From the sequence record NC_028896.1: a stretch of DNA of 32,675 nt. The stretch is one strand, 5' to 3'. Every line of letters begins with the position of its first letter. The first letter of the stretch is position 1. Both the position numbers and the translations under genes were made by a program. Positions 26,620 to 32,675 of the stretch are shown here, in pieces. This stretch comes from Escherichia phage pro147. The notes under the pieces were generated by a model, which was not told where the DNA came from, did not search any database, and saw only the letters and a list, made by a program, of their open reading frames with translations.

Positions 26620-26680
26620 GATCCATCAGTTGCTGATACCAACCATCAAATGGAAGCAAAATCAACCATTTCAATCATTT

Positions 26681-28957
26681 TTATATGTTTGTTGAGAATC
26701 CCGGCCACTCATCAGCGACCGGATACGTGAATTTTTCCCCGTCATAATTTACGGTCGCGCCACGCGCCAGCGCCTCAAGCTCCCATCGCTGTGGCCTGAT
26801 ACCGTTCTGAGCAAGGTCAACGCGGATACGGGTAATTTGCATTCGTTCCGACCGGGTCAGTCTGGCCGATGGCGCTATTTCATGCGGTTTTAACGGGCTT
26901 CCGTTTCTTTGCTGACGGTTTGGTCTTCTCAGACCGTGTTTTAATGCACCTCTGAGCGCCCTCACGACCTCCTGGTCATTCCATTCGATAACACCGTCAT
27001 CTACCAGATTAAGCACTGCTGCGGCGTGCTCAGAAGGTGTGGGAGCCGGTAACGAAGTATCACCACCGGTGAGCTTTCCACAGTTATTGACAGGACTCCG
27101 AGGCGCGGCGATGCCGCTTTTTAAAGTCAAAGGCTCAACGACCAGCACTTTCGGAACAATGCGCCAGTCCGTCGTTCTGGTGATATGAATATGACGCGCG
27201 CCGAGATGCGGCGCGTAAATGCCGACCACTCTCTCGACTTCTTCCTCGTACTCGTTAACTTCATCCGACGGACTACGGGCGACCCTGACAGTCTGACAAT
27301 CGCGCGGGACATTTGCCCCACCCTGCGCGCTGATATACAGCGCAAAATCGCCACTGTCTGCGGCAGCGCGTGCAGCCTCGACGCGTTCGTCAAACTCATC
27401 AGCAATGCTGACGCCGCGAGGTAATTTGCGTAGTTCACGGTAAGCCCCCATTGTCGGCAGGCCAACCGTTTTAAATTGCGGAATGCGCCACGTTGACGCC
27501 CATGCGGTAACAGCCGCGGCAGTGTCTTTCAGCGGCCTGCCGGTATCGTTATCGAGCTGACCATCCAGTGCATAGCCGTCGATGTTTTTTGAAATGTATT
27601 TCGCGATATACCCCGCAGCACCGCCCCGGTTAAGGTGTTTTGCCTGAAAACGGTTTCGCGCGGCTCCTCTTTCGTCGCCATCCTCTTTGAGCGCATAGCG
27701 ACGCATGATTTCGATAATCTGGTTACGCTGGCGCGGATTACAAAAAAGCATCATATGCCAGTGCGGCGTTCCGTCGTGGTGTGGCTCGACGACACGCAAA
27801 CCGTAGACCTGTAAATCATTATCCTTGAATGCCGTGCGCATCAGGCTCCAGATACGGCAGAGATAACGCTGCGCATCCTTTGGATTAAATGCCTCATCGT
27901 TCCAGCCGTGATTTAGCTGGACGGTTTTACTTTCGCCTTTTCTGACCTGACGTGTCGGGTGATACTTTGACGGCGCGGTCAGCGTGATAAACATCCCCAC
28001 ATCACCCTCTGCTGCGGCGTAACGCTCAATACCGGCAATGGTGTTCATCAGCTCCATCCGGCGAATTTCAGGATTAGAAATACTGCCCATCACCTTACTG
28101 ATAAGGTCGATGCGCTCGCCGGTTTCCCTGTTTTCAAGGTCACACGATTTAAGAAATTCCAGATTTGCCTGGCGGCGCGCACGCACATCACGAATGGCAT
28201 GTTTACTGGCATAAGGAGAACGGTCTTTATTGACCTCCCCGACAGCTATCAGTAACGCCTCATGCCAGCGCATACGTTGGCCTTTAAGCTGATGAGTCCA
28301 CCACTCATCGTTAAACAGGCGGGCAATGGCAGAATATGCCTGCCTCGTGGTCATCTGTCCTTTACGGTATTTTTTCCAGTAGAGCGGGGAAATATTGAAA
28401 GCACGTGCAGCGCCAGCAACATGACCATAGAGGTGAGCCTGCGCCTCATCCGTAAACAGCGATTCTTTTTCGCCATGTGCATCAACCCAGGCATCGCAGA
28501 GTTCCTCATACATCATGAAAAGCTGCGATGAGATACGGGCAGCAAACTTTTTCAGCTCCTTGTCATTCATTCCCGGCAGGCGCGCATAGTGGTCACGCTC
28601 TGCCAGAAACAGCAACGACGCGTCGGTGTTCATTTCATGGCGCTGATTCACACGCTCAATGCGCGGCCATAAACGACGCTGAAAAGTGGATGTGAGGAAA
28701 TAAAACCCGTGCACCGGGCTTTTATTGCGCCGGATGTAGTCATAACGTGAAGTAAACAGCGAGCGCAAAAAGTAAGGCAGGCGGTTAATCGTGGATAAAA
28801 CACCTTGCACCTGACGCATCTCGTCACGTGTAAGGGGTCTTTCGCGCCCGACAGCCTCGCGTGGCGCGTTCCATGCATAAGCACCGGTAAACGTCTTACC
28901 GGTGCCTGCGGCAAATGCTGACGGAGGGACAAAACGCCCGGAGGCTTTAACGGCCAT
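26681..28957 (-). CDS. A: Replication initiation protein A (rolling-circle nickase), about 758 aa from ATG 28957
   Basis: Translation from MAVKASGRFVPPSAFAAGTGK... matches the recalled P2 gpA N-terminus. The track ORF starts 14 codons upstream at a TTG (28999). The last few codons lie at the boundary with the cargo island. Confidence 0.9.
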   Translation of the reverse strand: MAVKASGRFVPPSAFAAGTGKTFTGAYAWNAPREAVGRERPLTRDEMRQVQGVLSTINRLPYFLRSLFTSRYDYIRRNKSPVHGFYFLTSTFQRRLWPRIERVNQRHEMNTDASLLFLAERDHYARLPGMNDKELKKFAARISSQLFMMYEELCDAWVDAHGEKESLFTDEAQAHLYGHVAGAARAFNISPLYWKKYRKGQMTTRQAYSAIARLFNDEWWTHQLKGQRMRWHEALLIAVGEVNKDRSPYASKHAIRDVRARRQANLEFLKSCDLENRETGERIDLISKVMGSISNPEIRRMELMNTIAGIERYAAAEGDVGMFITLTAPSKYHPTRQVRKGESKTVQLNHGWNDEAFNPKDAQRYLCRIWSLMRTAFKDNDLQVYGLRVVEPHHDGTPHWHMMLFCNPRQRNQIIEIMRRYALKEDGDERGAARNRFQAKHLNRGGAAGYIAKYISKNIDGYALDGQLDNDTGRPLKDTAAAVTAWASTWRIPQFKTVGLPTMGAYRELRKLPRGVSIADEFDERVEAARAAADSGDFALYISAQGGANVPRDCQTVRVARSPSDEVNEYEEEVERVVGIYAPHLGARHIHITRTTDWRIVPKVLVVEPLTLKSGIAAPRSPVNNCGKLTGGDTSLPAPTPSEHAAAVLNLVDDGVIEWNDQEVVRALRGALKHGLRRPNRQQRNGSPLKPHEIAPSARLTRSERMQITRIRVDLAQNGIRPQRWELEALARGATVNYDGEKFTYPVADEWPGFSTNI

Positions 28958-29222
28958 ATGAGCCAAAAGCCTCTGAACAACGCCTGCTGAGTTGCTCAAC
29001 CTGCGCGTTTAAATCAGCAAAAGACTTTGCGCTTCCGGTCAGAATATCGTGATGCATCAGGCCGGAAACGAGCTGGCTTAATTTCGGGTAATAACCAACC
29101 ACCGCCAGCCATTCCTGACCGGCGTTTTTACCGCTTTCCGCTCTCTTTTTCTCGTGGAGAATAAACTGAAAGCTGTCACTGGTAACGACATAACGTTTGC
29201 CAATTTCAATACGAATGCTCAT
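28947..29222 (-). CDS. Early-operon hypothetical protein (P2 orf83 position), 91 aa
   Basis: ATG-initiated ORF immediately upstream of A, overlapping its start by 11 nt; syntenic with P2 orf83. Confidence 0.7.
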   Translation of the reverse strand: MSIRIEIGKRYVVTSDSFQFILHEKKRAESGKNAGQEWLAVVGYYPKLSQLVSGLMHHDILTGSAKSFADLNAQVEQLSRRCSEAFGSYGR

Positions 29223-29443
29223 GCCATTCTCCGGTAATGTTTGTTTTTTGCTTCAAAGACTGACTGACAGGAAACACAACGCGTGGCTGACGGATAAGCC
29301 GCACGACGGGCAGCAGGTATTGGCGCGTCACACTCTTCGCAAACCAGCGCAGAAGCACCGCAATGTTTTACTCTTGCCGCGTTAATCTGGCGCTCCAGTA
29401 ATTCAGCCTGTTGTTCCTGAATAAAATCTACGTTGTCCGGCAT
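29219..29443 (-). CDS. DksA/TraR-family C4 zinc-finger protein (P2 orf82 position), 74 aa
   Basis: Translation contains CGASALVCEECDAPIP...ATRCVSCQ, a four-cysteine pattern characteristic of TraR/DksA-type zinc fingers. Confidence 0.75.
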   Translation of the reverse strand: MPDNVDFIQEQQAELLERQINAARVKHCGASALVCEECDAPIPAARRAAYPSATRCVSCQSVFEAKNKHYRRMA

Positions 29444-29745
29444 TACCAGCTCCTTTTGTCGTTAAGTTTTTTAAATTCATCAGCGCAATAGCTGGCAATT
29501 TCTGTCGTTAATTTCGTCAGTTCATCCACGGAGGAGATTTGCTTGTGAAATACAGCGCGTTTAACAAGTAAATTGACCACATCAGACAGGAGATTTAATT
29601 CGTTCTGATAAATCGCGATAACAGACTCAGTTATTTCGCGTTTTTCTTTATCAAGACCCAGTTGAATAAGAGACAAATCGCCATTTTTCATAACAGCGAT
29701 TTTTAAGGCGTTATTCAGTAATACAACTGAATGAGAACAGGACAT
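29443..29745 (-). CDS. Early-operon hypothetical protein (P2 orf81 position), 100 aa
   Basis: ORF in the P2 early operon; the ATG at 29743-29745 overlaps the upstream gene's stop (TGATG). Confidence 0.65.
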   Translation of the reverse strand: MSCSHSVVLLNNALKIAVMKNGDLSLIQLGLDKEKREITESVIAIYQNELNLLSDVVNLLVKRAVFHKQISSVDELTKLTTEIASYCADEFKKLNDKRSW

Positions 29746-29969
29746 CAAAGCACCTCCCCGCGAGATAATCCGATATTGTGAAATTTTTCCGACTCCTGAC
29801 TGAGCAGCTCGACTATCTCCACGCGGGATAACTCCGCCTTTGTGATGTGGCGAATCATGGCGTCAAGATGAGAAGAAAAGCGCGTCGCTGCGTCGGCCTG
29901 TGCTTCGGTTCTGGCCTGTTGCAGCAGTAATGCGTATTTACCGCACTGATTTTCAGAAACTGTATGCAT
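29745..29969 (-). CDS. Early-operon hypothetical protein (P2 orf80 position), 74 aa
   Basis: ATG-initiated ORF between B and orf81, translationally coupled downstream. Confidence 0.65.
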   Translation of the reverse strand: MHTVSENQCGKYALLLQQARTEAQADAATRFSSHLDAMIRHITKAELSRVEIVELLSQESEKFHNIGLSRGEVL

Positions 29970-30032
29970 GACTTTCTCCAGGCAAAAAGAAGCCCCGCAC
30001 GATTAAGTGCGTTAAAAACTCTGGTTAATTAC

Positions 30033-30533
30033 TTAATGCAGATATTGCTCTGGTTTTACCGACGTCAGAATTGTCGGTGCATACTCAAACAGACTGAATA
30101 ATTCACGTAATGCACGGAATAAAGCATCACGCCAGTAACATGATTCTTCATTAATTCGCCAGTATGGCTGGTTAAATTCTTTTTCAGTCAATCCGGCATG
30201 CATAAATAAAGTACGGCGCTGACTGACTGTTAAAAAACTAATATATGCATACTCACTTGCGCCAACCTGACGGCGTTTTGAGAATGCGCCACGCAATTCA
30301 TCAATTGCACATACCAGTCGTTCACGTTCGACGTCGTTCATTTCTTCAAAACGCATCGTTGCGTGACGCTGTTTTAACTGCGCATGGAAGCAAACCGTTA
30401 GCCGTTCACGTTCCATCATCTGATTATAATAATCGCATGTCTCCTGCCAGCGAGGGACGGCCAGATGCTTACCAATTATCCGGCGCATAGCTGCTGGCTG
30501 TTTTTCAACAAGATTGAGCGTCATCACTGTCAT
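30033..30533 (-). CDS. B: Replication protein B (helicase loader), 166 aa
   Basis: 166-aa ORF; length and position match P2 gpB. Confidence 0.88.
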   Translation of the reverse strand: MTVMTLNLVEKQPAAMRRIIGKHLAVPRWQETCDYYNQMMERERLTVCFHAQLKQRHATMRFEEMNDVERERLVCAIDELRGAFSKRRQVGASEYAYISFLTVSQRRTLFMHAGLTEKEFNQPYWRINEESCYWRDALFRALRELFSLFEYAPTILTSVKPEQYLH

Positions 30534-30700
30534 TTCCAGACCCTCCGGCTTTTCAGAAAGGTCAGAGCCTTCTTTAACGGACTCTGTTTTTTGGTGCGGA
30601 TAATGATTCCCTTACGCCCCTTACCGTGGGTAATGGTGAAGTCAATCGCCCTTGGGCTTTCGTTACGCAATAACTGAGCAATACAACGAGGCTCGTTCAT
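30530..30700 (-). CDS. Small early protein (P2 orf78 position), 56 aa from ATG 30700
   Basis: The internal ATG at 30698-30700 is preceded by AAGGTGGAAAGG (SD) and avoids overlap with cox; the track ORF (to 30790) would overlap cox by 80 nt. Confidence 0.6.
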   Translation of the reverse strand: MNEPRCIAQLLRNESPRAIDFTITHGKGRKGIIIRTKKQSPLKKALTFLKSRRVWK

Positions 30701-30710
30701 CCTTTCCACC

Positions 30711-31067
30711 TTAAGCCGCACGGCCATGTCTTGATTTGCTGTAACTAATGCGATTTTTCCAGTCATGCCATTCTGTCGGAGCTTCATCAACTAGCTGGGC
30801 TGCGTACTTGTCCCACTCACGGCGATTAATCCATAACTCAGCATGACCGCCCGGCTTTAATGGGTCCGTCATATAAAAGGCTGGTAACTTGCCTGCTTTC
30901 GCCATTTCAGCAACAGCGCGAGGCGTCTTACCGATGTAAAGAGCAAAACCCTCTTTCGAGAGCAAATCCGACGGTGCGGCTGCAAGTTTGATGTCACATT
31001 TTTTACTTTTTGTGAGATCAGATACTTTTTCTCCAACATCGTTATTCATTTCTGATCCAATACTCAT
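30711..31067 (-). CDS. cox: Cox-like excisionase / early-promoter repressor (start uncertain: 31067 or 31049)
   Basis: Translation contains ...ALYIGKTPRAVAEMAKAGKLPAFYMTDP..., resembling the P2 Cox helix-turn-helix region (...KLIGKSTGAVRRMIDKGKLPVIDMTDP...). Divergent from C. The ATG at 31065-31067 is preceded by GAGGA. Confidence 0.75.
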   Translation of the reverse strand: MSIGSEMNNDVGEKVSDLTKSKKCDIKLAAAPSDLLSKEGFALYIGKTPRAVAEMAKAGKLPAFYMTDPLKPGGHAELWINRREWDKYAAQLVDEAPTEWHDWKNRISYSKSRHGRAA

Positions 31068-31097
31068 TTTGATATCCTCAACTTTGGTGCCATTCAA

Positions 31098-31171
31098 CCA
31101 GAGCTATTTGAAGCCGCTCTGCGTTGTTCTGGTGTGTCGCATACAACATAAATTACGAGATACGACAATTC
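31098..31171. promoter_or_regulatory. Immunity switch region: face-to-face early (Pe) and repressor (Pc) promoters/operators between cox and C
   Basis: Intergenic region between the divergent cox and C genes, as in P2; operator repeats not resolved by eye. Confidence 0.45.
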
Positions 31172-31483
31172 ATGTCAAATACACAAATCACATCTCAAGC
31201 AGAGAAACTCGCACTTATTCGGGAATCAGAAAGAATGACAAGGAAGCAAGTTGCTGAATTAACTGGAATTAACTACAACACCTATGCTGGATATGAGCAG
31301 GGAAAAGTAAAGATGTCTTTTGACGCAGGTATGAAATTTTTCAAGCCAGAAAGATTTCGCAAGTACCGTGACTGGTTCATGTTTGATGAAACTGATCCCG
31401 CTGGCGGACAAATAGCCCCGGCGCTCGCGCACATTGGGCAAGACTCAACAACCTTGCACCACTCAGACCAAAAGACTGGCTGA
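31172..31483 (+). CDS. C: Immunity repressor C, 103 aa
   Basis: Translation from internal ATG 31172 (MSNTQITSQAEKLALIRESERMTRKQVAELTGINYNTYAGYEQGK...) carries an N-terminal HTH and the C-terminal ...GQIAPALAHIGQDSTTLHHSDQKTG resembling P2 C. Confidence 0.85.
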   Translation: MSNTQITSQAEKLALIRESERMTRKQVAELTGINYNTYAGYEQGKVKMSFDAGMKFFKPERFRKYRDWFMFDETDPAGGQIAPALAHIGQDSTTLHHSDQKTG

Positions 31484-31576
31484 CGATTTATTCAGCATAT
31501 GTGTGCAGTAAATGTACGAAAGAAAATTGCATTAATTTTCAAGTAGTAGAAGTAAACAGCGTCATCGGAGGGCTTT

Positions 31577-32572
31577 ATGTCTATTAAAAAGCTCGATGAT
31601 GGTCGTTATGAAGTGGACGTCAGACCGCAGGGTGCAGATGGAAAACGTATCAGGCGGAAATTTAAAACTAAAGGTGAAGCTCAAGCATTCGAACGTCATG
31701 TGCTGGTTAACTACCACAACAAAGAGTGGCTGGAGAAGCCAGCCGACCGCCGAACTCTTACAGAGTTGTTAGGCAGATGGTGGATATATCACGGAAAATC
31801 ACATGAGCGTGGAAATATTGAACGGGGGCGTTTGACGACAATAATCGCCAAATTTGCAGAAATGGGAGTGTCCAGAGCTGACCAGTTAACAAAGAAAACG
31901 ATAACTGATTATCGAGTTGTAATGATGAACGATGGTCTAAAACCAGCCAGCGTAAATCGGCATCTGGCAATAATGAGCGGGATGTTCACCAAGTTAATTG
32001 ACGCCGGTGAATACCACTCTCACAACCCGTTCCGTGAGGTTAAGCGGTTACGTGAAGCTGTTACAGAAATGGCTTTTTTGTCCAGTGAAGAGATTACGCG
32101 GCTGTTATCCATGCTTGATGGTGATGAGTTAAATGCAACTCTGGTCTGCCTTTCTACTGGTGGACGCTGGAGTGAAGTGTCTAATTTGAAAGCTGAACAC
32201 ATCATTAACCAGATGGTTACGTTTATGAAAACTAAAAACGGAAAGCGCAGGACAATTCCCGTTTCGCAGGACCTGATTAAAAGGATCAAGACCAAAAATT
32301 CAGGCAGGCTTTTTAATGCCAGTTACTACAAAGTGCGTAACGCTCTCAGGGAAGTAAAACCCGATTTACCTGACGGACAAGCAGTACATGTTTTGAGGCA
32401 TACATTTGCCACACATTTTATAATGAATGGAGGTAACATAATCACATTGCAGCGCATCCTGGGTCATTCTAACATTCAGCAAACTATGACCTACGCACAC
32501 TTTGCACCGGATTTCTTACAAGATGCTGTGACTCTTAACCCAGTGTCAGGAATGTCCATAATGCGTCCATAA
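31577..32572 (+). CDS. int: Tyrosine integrase, 331 aa
   Basis: Terminal gene next to the right repeat; C-terminal catalytic region contains ...RHTFATHFIMNGGNIITLQRILGHSNIQQTMTYAHF... (R...HxxR...Y tyrosine recombinase pattern). Confidence 0.92.
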   Translation: MSIKKLDDGRYEVDVRPQGADGKRIRRKFKTKGEAQAFERHVLVNYHNKEWLEKPADRRTLTELLGRWWIYHGKSHERGNIERGRLTTIIAKFAEMGVSRADQLTKKTITDYRVVMMNDGLKPASVNRHLAIMSGMFTKLIDAGEYHSHNPFREVKRLREAVTEMAFLSSEEITRLLSMLDGDELNATLVCLSTGGRWSEVSNLKAEHIINQMVTFMKTKNGKRRTIPVSQDLIKRIKTKNSGRLFNASYYKVRNALREVKPDLPDGQAVHVLRHTFATHFIMNGGNIITLQRILGHSNIQQTMTYAHFAPDFLQDAVTLNPVSGMSIMRP

Positions 32573-32662
32573 ACCAGAGTTAACTAGAGCCAATTGAAGC
32601 GATATGAGTAATTTAACTAATTGTAATACAACAGAAAATACCGCTACGGCGGGGGCTACCAA

Positions 32663-32675
32663 GTCAGTTATTGGT
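32663..32675. repeat. Right copy of 13-bp terminal direct repeat gtcagttattggt; candidate att core
   Basis: Identical to bases 1-13; lies 91 bp downstream of the integrase stop. Confidence 0.55.

Noticed and set aside
22162-26680. P2 old (TOPRIM/ATPase exclusion protein) and tin in the cos-proximal cargo region
   Set aside because: No ORF of the expected size or with ATPase-like Walker motifs is present; the region is occupied by the two RT genes instead.
30701-30790. Longer orf78 overlapping cox by 80 nt
   Set aside because: The internal ATG at 30700 has a strong SD and removes the overlap.
32641-32662. Possible 3' end of a host tRNA gene adjacent to the right att repeat
   Set aside because: Only a short ccgc-tacg-gcgg stem is visible; insufficient sequence to support a tRNA call.
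1-32675. CRISPR arrays, rRNA/tRNA genes, IS elements or transposases
   Set aside because: No regularly spaced short direct repeats, no tRNA-like cloverleaf recognised near the att repeats, and no transposase-like ORF in the track; all long ORFs are accounted for by phage or cargo genes.

Overview
The window is essentially one complete P2-like (Peduovirus-type) temperate phage genome, about 32.7 kb, integrated as a prophage and bounded by an identical 13-bp direct repeat at both ends (1-13 and 32663-32675). Gene content and order match the P2 map almost gene for gene: ogr, the tail genes D-U-T-E/E'-FII-FI, the tail fiber and baseplate genes G-H-I-J-W-V, tail completion S-R, the lysis cassette lysC/lysB/lysA/K/Y, head genes X-L-M-N-O, the divergent terminase P and portal Q, the cos site, replication gene A, the early operon (orf83-orf80, B, orf78, cox), repressor C and integrase. 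All assignments come from reading the supplied ORF translations and recalled P2 protein lengths and sequences; no database search was run. Three AT-rich cargo islands interrupt the GC-rich backbone. (1) At the Z/fun position between FI and G sits a lone plus-strand gene for a 269-aa protein with an N-terminal HNH-nuclease-like motif, framed by two hairpins. (2) Between portal gene Q and cos sits a two-gene minus-strand operon: a retron-type reverse transcriptase followed by a small protein with two N-terminal transmembrane helices, preceded by a structured GC-rich leader that may hold the retron ncRNA. (3) Between cos and A, where P2 carries tin/old, sits a second, unrelated Abi-P2-like reverse transcriptase. 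The two reverse-transcriptase systems flanking cos and the HNH-like gene are the best candidates for novel or poorly described anti-phage systems. No CRISPR array, rRNA, tRNA or transposase was recognised.
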